Positions 16,263 through 30,531 are shown, counted from the stretch's first letter. The stretch: 64,000 nt of DNA from Eledone cirrhosa (GCA_964016885.1 OZ024750.1:26350001-26414000); one strand, 5' to 3'. Numbers and translations are program-made. The notes: a model not told the origin generated them from the sequence alone.

Positions 16263-16929
16263 TTACCTTTGAACAGTATTACATGGACTACATCCCGGTT
16301 TTATCGTGATAATTTTGTTGATTCCATTTATGTTAATTGGACTTGTGATTTCATCGGTCATGTACAGGTATGTGATTTCTTGTATCAATAAAATTGTTAG
16401 AAGTAATTGATGAATTTCAATCTGTCTGATGTTTAGATTTAGAATCAATTAAATTGAATTTTTCTTTTAAATTTTTTTATATTGTGTAATTGTTTCAGCG
16501 ATGAGTTTTCAATATGAAAACTTATTTTCCCAGTTAGGTTGTTCGGTGAATATTAATGACCACGTATAATATTATATGTACTAATTGCAGTCGTTTGACT
16601 AATTATTGCCTCATAATCTGACCAGGACATTTAACAGATTTTTTTTTCACACAAACATACTAATTGTGTTTGATAGGCTAAAACAAGCTTTGGCTTGATG
16701 TTATTTGAATAGAGATACATCAGGCATAAAGTTGGAAACTGTAAAGTATTACATCTAGTTCTCAATATTGTGAATTTCCTATATATTTCATATTAGTATT
16801 TTATTGTTTTGATTAAAAATATTTTGATTAGCTAATTACATTTTCTATAGCCTAAGCAATATCAAGTTTATTTTTTATACCGTTACAAGTACCAAATGTC
16901 ACGAATCATAGGCATACTTATTGAAATAG

Positions 16930-17530
16930 TTTATAATTGAGTCTAATATGTTAGAATCTTTTAAAAATATCTCGTACGAATTAAATACAAAATTTTCAGT
17001 CGAAAACAAAAGCAAATTATTTCAAATTATATAATTTTGAAAAATAGACGTGAATGTTCTCAAAGACTTGATCTCAGTAGAACACATTTTTTAAATTTTT
17101 ATTCTATATTTCACTGTTAGCTGTTGCCATATTTTGAGTGGATAGACAATTCTACAATTCAAACTGTAAAGACAAAATACAAAAGATACAAAATGTGAAG
17201 GATTTCTTACCTTTCTCTGAAATCACAAACTCAAGGGAAAAATAGTACCTTGCAAAATAAAGTGCTTCGATCACAAACTTAGTTGCAAAGAATAATTTGA
17301 GATGCTTGGTGACAGTGAGCAAGAGAAATCTGTATCCCTTATATATATATAAATAGATAGATACACACGCACACACATGCACCCCCCCCCCCACACACAC
17401 ACATAAACTTGTGTGTGTATGTGTGTGTGCGCCTTGTTTTTGGTACAGTGAGAATTTTGTCTCTAGTTTACATTGCCGTATTGCCGGGTCAAAGGCCACA
17501 GTTCTGTTCAACAACGTAAAATAACAACGC
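16930..17530. repeat. Unclassified dispersed repeat
   Basis: Similar copies at ~32168-32760 and ~58915-59540. Confidence 0.65.
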
Positions 17531-17554
17531 CATACACACACGTATATATCTATA

Positions 17555-17630
<76 letters not shown>

Positions 17631-17848
17631 AGTATGTATGTATGTATATGTACATACATATATGTATACAGACGTACAGTAGTATGTATATATATACATA
17701 CAAGCACACATATATATTTGCACGTATCGGTTTACCGACCATTTATTATAATGCTCGGTTTTTTGTTTGTAAACAAACAAACATCCCGAATTACGCCGTA
17801 CAGTGTTTAGGCAACCACGTCAACTTTTTGTTCAACACTGTCACAGGA

Positions 17849-17891
17849 ACGATGACCTAGTTTCAAGCTTATTAGCTATCGTCAGCATCGT
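17849..17891 (-). ncRNA. Hammerhead-like motif
   Basis: Reverse complement: acgatg-CTGACGA-t agct aata agct t-GAAA-ctag-GTC-atcgt. The helix I register is off by one base. Confidence 0.55.
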
Positions 17892-19494
17892 ATACCTTCC
17901 TGCCAGATGGTTGAACGTCTGAAAGTAGATACTTCCCTTATGCATATTAACGGCTGAGCAGCCTAATTTGCATATCGAGTGAGTTCAGTCGGCCGGGCGC
18001 ACCGAAAACGATAAATGGAATAGAATGAAACGTCTCAGCGCTCCAAAAGCTTCAGACGCCCCCCTAACGACCCTTGTTCCCTAACGACCTTTTGCTCCCA
18101 AACACCCCCCCTGGAGCTCCGAAACGCCCCCGGGAGTTCATAAGCCTCCCGTTGAGAACCTTTTGGTTTAGACAGATAGCATATTGTATTGTATAATAAA
18201 AATCATCGATTTAGCTGAAGACCAAACAATTCCAATGGGGATGTAATTGTTTAAAACTAACGCAGGATAAACAGATAATTTGAGCACAATTCAAGGACAC
18301 ATATTTTAGGATGAGCTAGATGTAAATATATCAAGGTCACTACTCATAGAAAGTTTGTCAGGGACGAAAGAATGGAAGTCAAGTTTCTACTGAATGAGAT
18401 ATAAACTGTGTATGTGAAAGGATATATGTCATTACAACATATCATTAAGAAAAGCTCGCTACCGCCTCTGCTAACCAAAACCTTTCGGAAATTAAATAAT
18501 ATCCTAATTATGAAGAAACCAAATGTAATATTCTATTATATCTTTTCACTACTACATTAGTCTATCTCAAACCCATCTGGAGATAATTTCCTGTTTAATA
18601 ACTGTATAATTTACTGGAGTTGTGGTTTACTAATTGTATTCCTTTTCTGTTGTTGTTTAGGTCAGTCATAACTAAGGACACCTATCATCAAAAACATTTC
18701 AGTCATCACCATACTAACATTTAGGTGCATTACGAACAACATTATGTGTTTTTGACTGCTTTCTTTAGCAGTTCGAGCGGCTATAAAGAAAGTGTCCGTC
18801 CCACTTTTAATAAATATGTTAACCATTCAAATAACTTTCTAACAAATAAATACGCAGAACCAATTAGATATACCCAGATCTCAGACATTTGTATCTGTCA
18901 GGTTTTGACTCATACAAGACAATCAAATACATTTGCCTCATGCATTATCCTTATTCATTAGATCATGTTATAGACATTATCTTAATATATATTTCCCAAA
19001 CCCAGTTAAAATAAAATTTAAAATATGGGATAACACTCAATCTGATAAAGTCTCAGCCAAGTAACATCAAATATATTATCCAGAAATTAAATTATAAAAG
19101 AATATTAACAATGTTTTAAACAGTTACCAATTTGCACCAGCACTGATGCAAAGGCATATTGCGTAAGGCATATTGCCTATAAGAAATATGACTTACATGG
19201 CCACGATAATATAAACTAGCATGACATATGTATTGAGAAACCGAACCGATTTGCAATACAAGACTGTTACTTATTCTATCGACTATTCAGTAGCGGGGAA
19301 AATCACATTCGTATCAGAACATAAATGAGTGAAAATAAATGACACAAGAACATATTTTATATTGGTTAAAATAATTATCTTACCTAGGTTAATTGTTTCA
19401 ATTATATAAGAATGGAGGAATTAGATTGTTCGATGAGAATATCTCTCTGGGAATTATTAATGATACGAGAATTTGTCTTCGGTTAGAAATAAAT

Positions 19495-19670
19495 AATTGT
19501 TTCTACCTTTGGCACAAGGCCAGCAATTACCTAGTGCATTACTGGTACTTTATTTTATCGACCCCCGTAAGGATGAAAGGCAAAGTTAACCCCAGCGGGA
19601 TTTGAACTCAGATCATAAAGGGCCGTAACTCTTTGCTGCAAAGCATGGCGTCCGACCCTCTACCGATAAT
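19495..19670 (-). mobile_element. tRNA-derived SINE fragment (Nin-domain-like)
   Basis: Reverse complement contains gagttcaaatcc (box B-like) and ctttgcctttcatcct...gggggtcgataaaataaagtaccag; related to 40017-40235. Confidence 0.7.
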
Positions 19671-19912
19671 GTGTTATAAATATGACTGAATATAAGATTG
19701 TGATCAAGTCGTCATTCCCTCGTCAATTATTTTTATTTTGTTAAGTACAATGTTATTTAATAATTTTTAAATTTCCTTTTGCTGTAATAAAATTAATAAT
19801 TAATTTGTAATTTAAATGTAACATGTTTTTTTTTTTGTCTTAATCTGCAAAACATAGTTCTCAACACTATATTCTAGTTCTCACTTTTACCACTCACTTG
19901 TTCAAAATATAG

Positions 19913-20464
19913 CAGCTATCGCAGGGATAAACAGGACCAAAAAGACATAGATAACGACAGTGGAAAAGACAGCGGAAAAGACAGTGGAAAAGTCAGCGGA
20001 AAAGACAGTGGAAAAGACAGTGGAAAAGACAGTGGAAAAGACAGCAGAAAAGACAGTGGAAAAGACAGTGGAAAAGACAGTGGAAAAGACAAAGGAAAAG
20101 ACAAAGGAAAGGACAGTGGAAAAGACAAACGAAAGGACAGTGGAAAAGACAGCGGAAAAGACAGTGGAAAAGTCAGCGGAAAAGACAGTGGAAAAGACAG
20201 CGGAAAAGACAAAGGAAAAGACAGTGGAAAAGACAGTGGAAAAGACAGTGGAAAAGATAGTGGAAAAGACAAAGGAAAAGACAGTGGAAAAGACAGTGGA
20301 AAAGACAAAGGAAAAGACAAAGGAAAAGACAGTGGAAAAGACAGTGAAAAAGACAAAGGAAAAGACAAAGGAAAACAAAAAGGAAACAGAGCGGAAATAA
20401 CAGAGGAGAAAAATCTGGACAGAATGGAAATTAGACCACCTAAAAGATATTTCTAAAGATACAG
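19913..20464 (+). CDS. Putative C-terminal exon encoding a (DSGK/DKGK)n charged tail; stop at 20454-20456
   Basis: tag acceptor and CAG|gtgagt donor. The frame from 19914 (SYRRDKQDQKDIDNDSGKDSGK...RPPKRYF*) is open for 180 codons. The link to the EGF gene is inferred. Confidence 0.5.
19956..20375 (+). repeat. 12-bp minisatellite (gacagtggaaaa)n, ~35 units
   Basis: Direct tandem repeats with variants gacaaaggaaaa and gacagcggaaaa. Confidence 0.95.
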
Positions 20465-20989
20465 GTGAGTTGATTGTTTTATTAACTGTTGAATGTCTAT
20501 ACTTAGTTTAATAAAACTGTAATATTCTCGAAAACCAAAGAAATTTTATACATACATATATATAAATAGAAGTCAGGACCCCGACGGCTGAGCTCCGGAC
20601 GTTTCGACAGCTAAATCTGAACGAAGCCACCAGTATTAGAACGTGTCGGTGTGTGTGTGTCTGCGTGTCTGTGTGTGTGCGTGTATGTTTATTTATATAT
20701 TTTTATACAAACTAACACACTTTAAAATATTAATAAGAAAATATATGATCACGTGACAACCTGGTTGAGCCTGTTTTGTTTGGGAAGCCTGAATTTCATG
20801 ATGGGTGCATTTCGATATATTGGGTCCTACATCTATCTCCCACACACTGTTGATATGAAATATCCATCTGCACAGTGGTATAGCACAGCTATATTTATGT
20901 GTATCTATATCTCTTCAAATAATAAACGCAACATATATATCTCGGTTTATCTATTTAGCTGCAGTTCTTCTATCCGTTTTCTAACTATC

Positions 20990-21512
20990 CTTGAAAAGTC
21001 GAGTGGAGCTGGTGAACACTTACATAGCAAATTTCTGTTTTCCTCTGTATAGTGGCTATGGTAAAAGAGGTTATATGGTGGACAAGATGGAGAGGGCTGA
21101 GGACGGATGCCTTTCACTCCGGACAACTCATTCCCTTCTTTAGGTACCACTTTAGAAGGAAAATCAGAGTGGAGAGAGAGGCACTGCACCCCAGTAAATT
21201 TACTGCAATGTGGGTGAATGAAGCAAAAGTGGCCCGAGAGATTGGGCCTTCTCTGTATATAAACATGTAGGTTGAAGAAGAGAGCTAAGAAAGAATGGAG
21301 CAATTGCACAACACGCTCCTGGAGTTGAGGGTTGTTCAATGTACGGGGTATAAAACAAACCATTTGTAACGCCTCCCCCCTGTTGGGGATTTTAATTGTT
21401 GAATTTGTGAATTTGTTTGTTAAATTTTTTTTTACACTTTTGTATGAAAAATCACCGGCATATATCCTTGTATTGTCCCCTTTTCTTGTGCGCCCTTTTG
21501 GCAAATAAATAA

Positions 21513-21513
<1 letters not shown>
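20990..21513 (+). mobile_element. Tx1-clade LINE 3' fragment followed by (TCTA)n
   Basis: AMVKEVIWWTR...ERE..HPSKF..WV matches the C-termini at 33952-39646; ends in aataaa plus (TCTA)n. Confidence 0.85.
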
Positions 21514-21580
<67 letters not shown>

Positions 21581-23454
21581 CTTTACCTATCTAACTACCT
21601 ATCTACCTATCTATCTATATGTCTGTCTTGTTAGTCCGTACGTCCTTCCGTCCATTCGTCCATCCATCCTTCCCGGCTTTTTAGTTTATTGTCAATTACG
21701 TGCGTTGACGCTGTTAAATTAAATTTACGTAAATTCAAAAAAATTGCAAGGCACACAATGGACCGATTAATCTTATGTCCACTAATAAATGCAGAAATAT
21801 CTTACATCTTTACTGTTTTTTAAAAAGTAGGAAATATTGGTCGATAGACTACAATAGGCACGCCTAGCTAAAACAACATTATTTTATAATCTTCTCTACG
21901 TTCGCTCACTTCTCAATTTCATTTCCTTCGCTACATTTCTTTTGACTCTCATTTTTCCTCTTTCTTTTTTTCTGACCCATCACGCCTTTCTTAACATCAC
22001 GCCCTCTCTTAGTTTTTGAGTGACTACTTCATTGGTTGTCTTGCAAACCTGTAACTAACTACTTAGAATAAGCATGACATCTTCAGCTACATCTGTATAT
22101 ATCTGTTACTAAATCACATAAGAGAGACGAAATGTGAACTGTTATTAGTGAGCTAAAATCTCTTGTGGTGGTACCATTTGAAATAGTATAACTGTTTATA
22201 CATTTTTGTTGGTTGCTCAGATGTCTAGCCACCCTATATAAGACCCGAATGTTATTGAACATGATTAAACAAAGGTTTCAGTGTGAGAATAACATGATAG
22301 CTTGCCGTGTTCCTTTCAGGATCATCTTCTCCTTCCACTGACTTCATAGTTCCACTGACTTTCAAGGAGGGCAAAGATAAAATATCTCCCATTGGAAACT
22401 TTTAGCTTGACAAAGCAGAACTATAGAATGTACGTCAAATATTGGAAGACTATATTTTCTCTTAGGGCTTACCTTTGACTCATGTTTTCTTTTAATCATT
22501 ACAGGCTTTCGATAGAAGAATATAGACGACTACAGTTTTCGGTTGGATGAGCTACAGATATCAAAGGAAGAGTTACTTGCAACTCTAATGTGTCGCATTT
22601 CTCTTTCTATGTTTATAATATTAATAATGGAAACTATCAATATTTCAAATCCATTAAGCAATAAAAAAAAGTTGAGGATCAGATTCTCACGTCTGAATTT
22701 CTTGTTTGATGTTCAAGTTGAACATCTGTAAATCATTGTTAAAAACATGAGCCGGGATATAAAACTAGGTGGGCATTGTTCTGGACAGGAGACATTATGG
22801 GGAAAGAACAATATTAAGAAGAAAAAATATGAGAGTTGGCTAGGATACGATGAATACGCATGAGGTGAAAAAGTTATGCAAATATCTAGAGCAGAACAAC
22901 AGATAATTATACTAGTGATGTAAATAGAAAGATGAATAACAGACGGCAAGTCTATGAATGTCCTTTCTGATTTGTTTAATAATGATTGTGTGTATCAGTA
23001 GAATTGTTGTGGAGATTTGAGCTGAAGTATAATGTGGGTTTAAGTTGAACCTTGTAGAGTGTTAGAAATTGAGTGGGATTGATGTATTTTCTGGCTCTAT
23101 ATATGGAATTTAATGTGTGTGAAACAATTTATTCCTGTGTTATTTCTTAGGTTTCATCAGATGTTCCAATATTTGTATCAATGTTGAAAGTCTTAAGTGT
23201 ATGTTAATCATAATTATAGAGTACAAGGTACGACATTATGTAACAGATGTATGTAGTGACAGAATTGTTTTTTGGGGGGAGAACGTTATCCTCTTCATAT
23301 TGACAGATGTTCCCAAAACCATGGATTCACTTTATGTTGGTGTGAATTAATGGTATTGGGTACAAGTGACACATGTATGTGACAATCTAAGCAGGAGTAA
23401 AGTGTAGCAAATTTTGAGTTGCACAGTGACTCATTAGAGGCAATAACAATGTAG

Positions 23455-23640
23455 AGCAAAGGTTCTCAACGGGAGGCATATGCCCCCGGGGGCGTTTAGG
23501 AGCTCCAGGGTGGGTGGGTGGAGCAAGGGGGTCGTAGGGGGAGGTGTATGAAGATTTGGGGGCGCTAGGCTATTTACTTAAATTTTATAAGCCATATTTT
23601 TACGTCTCTGAGACAGCCAATCAGAATGCATCTGAATAAA
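23455..23640 (+). mobile_element. DNA-transposon end, probably hAT-like
   Basis: caaaggttctcaacgggaggc. An opposite-orientation relative ends at ~18165 and at ~60232. Confidence 0.45.
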
Positions 23641-23927
23641 GAAAACTAAGAAAATAAATAAAAGAAGCTTGTCAACCAATTCCCCAGGGAGATAAATGAA
23701 AAACGAAAGAAATCAAAGAAAATGAATATAAGGACAACGTCAACTTTTGCAACAGTTAAAAGAACAACAGAATCGACAAGAAAAAGAAGCAATGGTGATG
23801 AAAGGTTTGGGTGTATACATATACATACATAGAATCATACAAACACATACATACATACATACATACATACATACATACATACATACATACATACATACAT
23901 ACATACATACATACATACATACATACA

Positions 23928-26900
23928 GTCAACGCAATCAGTCGCATACTTTGGCGTGGGAGACTATTTATTAAATTTAAGATGAATACTATCTCCGACA
24001 GAAATGCCACAACTACAATCATGTTGAATAAGTGGTTATTCTTCAAATTATATCTTCTGAAGACACCTTTTATTCGAATTCGTAGAGATATCCGACTAAT
24101 TACATAATTCATTTTACAAGGATTTGTTACACACCGCATGGCTGAACACAACATCAACAACAAAATTAAGGAAGTACCGAAGACAAATAACAAGGAAGGT
24201 AAACAAACTTTATTCAGTTGTAGCTACAGAAGAAACCGAAATTATAAATCGCATTTCTACTGGAGTTGCGAACTTAATAATCATTTATTTAATTGTTATA
24301 AAATGGCAAAAAACAATCCCTTCATTGGCTATATGCACAGAATGAAGCTACACTGGTGCGAAATACACCCAGAGCTAAATTATTTCACAGCGAAACAATT
24401 ACGCCAACAAGCGACGTTTGTTGAACGTAAAAATAAGATAAATATTATTAATTGTAAGTCCCCCACAACAAACATGTTATCAACAGCACGTGCTTCAGGT
24501 CGCCATGCTACTAGACTTCCTAGCAGCCAGGTCGAACAGCGCCTTGAAACAACTATGCCTGTAAGAAATTTGACACCACCTGTACCATCTAAGTCTACCT
24601 GGAATGCTGGGGAAAACACTATCGATAATAATAATAATAATCGAAGAAATAATAATAATAATCGAAGAAATTTGACACCACGTGTTCCATTCGGGTCTAC
24701 CTCGACTGTTGTGGAAAATACTATCGATAATGTTAATAATCAAAAGTATAAACAATTGAAATTTTCCCTCAACGAAATCTTCCAGAGAGAAATTAATTCG
24801 TGTATAAATATCTCTCTTGCTGAACGTGTTAAAACGACAATGTTTCATAAAAAAACAAATAATGAAATATTAAATGTTATTGACGAAATAGGGGATGAAT
24901 ATTTACGACGGATAAAAACCCCAACATTTTGGCAAACCAACGCCTGTTTATATGCCTTAGCAACGACAGTGAAGCATTATCTTGGTGATAGTAGAGATAT
25001 TAACAAGAACAGAACACCACCAAAAATACCATCATATTTAACTAAAATAGAAAAAAAGATTGATGACCTACGAAAAAACATAGGATATGTGACAATGCTC
25101 TTTACATGCAAACAAACACAAAAACACTTCACTCCTCACCAACAAAGAGTGAAAAAAAAAATAGAGACGATGGTTGGTAACAGTAGAACCAGAACTCTCC
25201 AATATAAGCTGATCACCATCAAACAAGAATTGGGAGCTGTTAGCGAAAAACGCCGATACCTGAAGAAGGTAGATGAGAGAAAAGTGCTTAATAAAAGATT
25301 CAGACGAAACCAAACATCAGTCTATAGAGATATGAAGGGCAAATTAATAAGTGTTACTGAGGCTCCATCCCAGAAAGACATAGATTCCTTTTGAAGCAAA
25401 ATATAGGGTGAAAAGAAGAATTTCAACCAAGATGCAGTGTGGCTAAGAGAAATCCGAAAGAATTATTGCTCCTACACTACAACAAAAACATACGAAATAA
25501 GTGAGGGTACCCTTGAGACTGTGATAGGAAAACTCCAAGATAAGAAAACACCAGGAAAAGACACGATTGTCGGCTACTGGTACAAAAACTGATATTCTAT
25601 CGGGGGTATCTTATTGACCTCTACCAACAACGTCTTAAGGGAGATACACTTATACCAGAATGGTTGACATTAGCAGAAATATTACTGGTCCCCAAGAACA
25701 AAGACACCCACTTAGCAAAAAAACTAACGACCCATTGCATGCCAGAACCTGATATATAAGATGTATACAGCCTACCTGAACCTATTCCCCCAAGATCACT
25801 GTGAAAATAATAACATCATTACAGATGAACAAGTAGCTGGAAAGAAAGGGGTTTGGGAATGTGCTGAACTACTCCTACTCAACAAAACTAAGATGTCGGA
25901 GGTGCGACAACTTAGGAGGAATATGGCTACAGTCTGGCTGTACTACAGAAAAGCTTTCGATTCTGTTCCCCACTCTTGGATGATAGAGGCCCTCCAACTT
26001 GCTAAAGTCCCAGACATTATTGTCAGAGCCATAGAGAGGATGTCTTCTTCTTGGGCTACTATCCTAAGGTTAAAGACAGAGAGGGAGGATTCTATTTTCA
26101 CTGATAAAATAAAATATTGCAGAGGTATATTTCAGGGGGACAATCTCTCTGTGATATTATTCATCTTGTCATTAAACCCCTTGTCCTTTCTGCTCAAGAA
26201 ATGTGAGGGATACATCATTGGCTCACAGGAGGACAGAAATACGAACCTAACCCATAATTTCTTTGTGGACGATCTGAAACTCTATGACAAGAACATGGAT
26301 GGGATGAAGAAAAATCTTGACCTGGTTACAACGTTCTCAAAGGATATAGGAATGGAGTTTGGCCAAGATAAATGCTCATACATGCTACAGATACCTGGGG
26401 ATAGATGAGAACATATACTATAATGGTATCTGTAATAACGAACGCGTAACCAGGGAATACTACACCGGATTAAGAAAGATCTGGTCATCGGAACTCTCTG
26501 CGCAAAACAAAACAGCGGCTCACAATATGTTTGCTGTGCCTGTCCTAACACCAACGTTTGAATACTCAATTGGACGATAGACGAAATCCGAGCAGTTGAT
26601 GTTGGAACTCGAAAGACTCTAAACAACACCGGAAACTTCCTCATCAACAGTGACATAGACCGCCTTTACTTGAAAGGTAAGCAGGGAAGCAGAGGTCTAA
26701 CATCAATCCAGACAACATTTGAATGTCGCATCATATCTCTCCAACATCTACGAACCTCGAAACGTAGGAGCCCGTTTCTCGAGAAAGTCTATCTACATGA
26801 AACAGATAAGATAATGAGAGTTGGGAAGGAACTCCTCGAGAGATATTCCCTGTGTAATAATCAAAATCTCACACCCAGGGAAGTCGCTCAGCAGTATCGC

Positions 26901-27478
26901 AGTGAATCCATGGATGAAAAACTACATACTTATCAGCAAAAATTCATGCATGGATATGTTGACAGGAAGCTCCAGAGTGAAAGTAATATAGATAAGGAAA
27001 GTAGTCTATCTTGGACCAACAACCGCTATATTGGCCCCCACTTTGAAGGATACGCTTTTGCAATCCGAGAACAGGAGATTAACACGAAATACCTGATTCA
27101 CAAAAGACATAGGGATGCAGGCAAAACACCTAGATGTGATAACAAGTGCAGACTCTGCAGAACTAACATCGACGATATCACCCATGTCATGAGCAACTGT
27201 CCAAAGATGTCATCGCGGTACTATCTATCTATGAGGCATGATGTAGTGGCCAAAACACTGTACAATGCAGTTCGTAAAAAAGATAGCCCCGATAATAAAC
27301 ACATTAAAAGCTACAGCAATGTGGAAGACATCCATGTACATAATATGAAAGAGTACTGGTGGAATGTTCCAGTAAAAACCCCAATAAATTGCAGGTAAAC
27401 AGACCAGATATTATGATATGGGACAGGGAGAAGAAAGCATGCACAGTAGTGGAAATTAGCTGCCCAGCAGATGCTGAT
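23928..27478 (+). mobile_element. R4/Dong-like non-LTR retrotransposon (restriction-like endonuclease), frameshifted and 3'-truncated
   Basis: RT motifs YRKAFDSVPHSW, GIFQGDNLS and FFVDDLKLY; CRLC..H....C zinc knuckle; RHDVVA; PDIMIWD...VEISCP. Starts right after (TACA)n. Confidence 0.85.
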
Positions 27479-27479
27479 A

Positions 27480-30000
27480 GATTATGCCCTCTCTTACTCG
27501 ATTGAGAGTGCCCTGGACTCCACTGAAGCCAGCGACTGAGAGCGCCTCTTCTATTTTGCCCCACTAACCATCGGCCTCCCTAGCCCTGGGGCTGACTGAG
27601 GCGGCCTGCCGACAGCAGCCTGTGTCTAGGCCAATGTTTCGTCCTTTGGGCAAGCACCCATTACAAGCGTGTCGAAGGAACCACACCACCTGCTCTCGGG
27701 TGCCTCCAATCCTCCACCCATGAGGCCAGAATCAAGCGTTTTCGATACCACGTAAATACTAAACTAATCATGGGTGATGTCTCGATTGCAGTCAGAGTGG
27801 TTGCCTCAGAGGACACTGTACTGCAATCCACCGAGGATGTCCTGGCTGACCTGCGACTCAAGCTCCCTGAGCCACCTGTTAACCTACCCCCACTCGAGCG
27901 CCAGCTGCTCCTTGTCTTCCGCCTCTCATCACGTCCTTCAAGGAGTTGCTATCCCCTCTTTCCGCTGAGGCCGGCGGCCGCCTTCTGTGTGCAATTGTGT
28001 CACCAATAGGCGCCCTGGATCTTCACGCCCGAGCTTTCTTTTTTTCGGCTTGCCTGACCACTCTCAGGAAGAAAGAGGGTTGCATACGCCCCATCGCTGT
28101 GGGTAATTTCTTCCGGAGGCTAACTGCTAAGGTGGTCTCCAGGTCCATAACACCTGAACTGGATGAGGAGTTCAGTCCGGTGCATCAGGGTGTCACCGTG
28201 TTCGTGGATGTGAGGGGGCGCACATGCAACCAGGCAGTCTTCTACCGGAACCGGCATCCAGGGACTCCAGACACCTCATTGTCAAGCTTGACATGAGGGA
28301 CCATCTACTTGATGCCTGTCTCAGCCGAACCCTCTCCGGCTACCCGCTGGCCTACCTGTCATATGGAGCCCCGAGCATGCTCCTTGCTGCTGATACGGTT
28401 ACCTTCGGCCACAGGGGGCCTGCAGGGTGACCCTTTGATCCCCCTCCTGTTTGCGCTTGGTATAAACCACATTGCCCGTAGTATCACGGCCCCTCTCAAT
28501 GTTTGGTACCTGGATGATGCTACCCTCGAAGAGCCCATGGAGACTGTCTGCCACGACCTTCAATCGGCCTCCAGGTCAACTCGTCCAAAGCGAATGTGGT
28601 GACTTTCAGCCATGATGCTGAGAGCTTTGCAGCCTCCGCCTCGGACGTGCTGTCTATTCTCCACCAGGTTGATGTGACAACAAAAAGAGGATATCCTCAT
28701 CCTCCGGTCACCGATCCACCCGCCTACCATCCGCTCCACCATCAGATCCAGTCTCCAACAACTCTAGACCTTCACGAGCCGACTGTGCTTGATCGACGGC
28801 CACCCAGCTCTCTGTTGAGGAACTGCTTCGCCATGCCGAAGTTCCTCTCCACCCTTCACAGCGCTCGGTGCTACAGCCACGCATCTCTCCTCGCTGATCT
28901 CGATACTTGTATCCGAGCGGCAACCGAGGAGATATGCAACGTCAGGTTTGACGACATTGGATGGCAAGAGGCCACTTTACTTGTCAGATATGGTGGCCTT
29001 GGCTTCCGGTCCCCGATCTCGCTGGTTTTGCCGGCGTTTCTTTCATCGGTAACCTGAAGCTGCGCCCTCATCAGCAGGGTTCTCCAAAACAATGGATCCC
29101 TATATGATCAAGGAACGTGACGCCGCCTGTGAGACGTGAGACAGGCTGGGACTTAGCCCAGTAGACGTCCCTCCTGCTTCTACCCCTTCTGTAGTAATGC
29201 TCCCCAAAATCATTTGGGATGCCATCCAGTGCAGCCTGGCCTCAGATAGGCTCATGCGCCAGCTCGACCAGTACAACCTTGCCTGTTTTCGCGCGGCCTC
29301 CAAAACCCACAGTGGTGCCTGGCTCCATACCTGGCTCTCCTTTCACCACAGGCACGCATCTGGATAACGATAACCTCCGAATCAGCGTTTGCTTAAGCTT
29401 AGCCTCCTGGTCTGCGAGCCACAACAATGTCGCTGTGGATCCATCATGGACTCTTTCGGCCTATACCCGCTTTCCTGTCACTACAGTGCCAGCCGCTTTC
29501 CATGCCATGCTGCCCTCAACGAACTCATAAAGACTGGTTTGTACGCTGCAGGCTTCCCTTCCCAACTTGAGCCGGTGGGGCTGGACCGAGGGGACGACAA
29601 AAGGCCAGACGGTATGACCATCTTCCCGTTCCGCGGAGGCAAAACCCTCGTCTGGGCTGCTAGGTACTGCTGCCCGTCGCTCTGAGGGGGCCAAACTCAC
29701 CAAGTACCAGTCGCTTTCCGACAAAGGCAAGTTCTGATGTCCTTGGCCCTAGGGCTACCTCTCTATTCACCACCATAGGCGGTGTGTGCCTCTCGAGTTG
29801 GAATGGCTCTTCCAGCACATCTCCGTCACCATCCTCCGGGAAACGCCTTCTCTATTCTAACCGTCGGGTCTGTGGGGGGCCAGCACTTGGGACCTCATTT
29901 GCTCACCATACGGATTAAGACATATAACCTCTCTTTTTCTTTTATTTACTCTTTTACGATTAAAAGGTTAGTCTTACATAATACTGAAGTAAAAAAAAAA
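27480..30000 (+). mobile_element. CRE-clade non-LTR retrotransposon relic
   Basis: LRKKEGCIRPIAVGN..RRL, QGDPLIPLLFAL, WYLDDATL, YGGLGFRS, CRCG..D..G.YPLSC, HAALN, EPVGL...KRPDG; A-tail at 29991-30000. Confidence 0.85.
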
Positions 30001-30187
30001 CGGAAGCAAATTATATAGTGAAATAGAACATGAGTAATCGACTGATGTTTAGCACAAAGAATGCACACGTCGTCTCGAGACACTGAACGCTAACGATAAT
30101 TCCGTTAGCATCGTCGTGAAGAACGCCACTCAGACAAAATTTTCGGAGTTTTCCTCACTTACGATTCATAATTTAACCCGGCTTGCA

Positions 30188-30251
30188 ATGTCCTCCCTTT
30201 CTATTGCTGGATTTATTATATTATTAACATGGCAGGTCACTTTAGCAAATG
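30188..30251 (+). CDS. First coding exon (signal peptide) of the downstream EGF gene copy
   Basis: MSSLSIAGFIILLTWQVTLAN-G|gtaag is hydrophobic with a strong phase-1 donor that fits the phase-1 EGF exon at 45407. Confidence 0.65.
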
Positions 30252-30531
30252 GTAAGATAATAACTGATTTGTTATTTTATTCACTTATTGAATACTTTGA
30301 TTTCTTGTCTGTCCTCAAATATTTTTCTCATTTTTATTAATACTGTCATGCTGTCACCTGATGCTCCAACCTAACAGTATTGTTATACTTTGGGAGGGTC
30401 ATGTTGCCAATAAGAAACACACGCACCAGTTGCTTTCACTCCATTTTATTATAAATTAAATTTATAAATTTAAGAATTTATAAATTTCGGTTGGTTGGTT
30501 GGTTCTACAACCGAACGGTTGTTCATATATT

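Noticed and set aside
18213-18262. CTGAAGA with aaacaatt/aattgttt hairpin
   Set aside because: GAAA box is missing in both paralogs.
18561-18660. Possible transmembrane exon (…IIYWSCGLLIVFLFCCCL, ag/gtcagt)
   Set aside because: The hydrophobic frame is phase 0, which does not match the phase-1 EGF exons, and the paralog has a TGA in that frame. Unresolved.
19956-20375. CRISPR-like array
   Set aside because: No unique spacers, eukaryotic context, no cas genes.
19902-20400. ORFs (FSTV)n, (SFPL)n and (TVEK)n
   Set aside because: Alternative frames of the 12-bp minisatellite; only the DSGK frame fits the splice signals.
22506-22680. Possible terminal 3'-UTR exon (ttacag acceptor, aataaa at ~22660)
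   Set aside because: Plausible partner for the 20465 donor but cannot be supported without transcripts.
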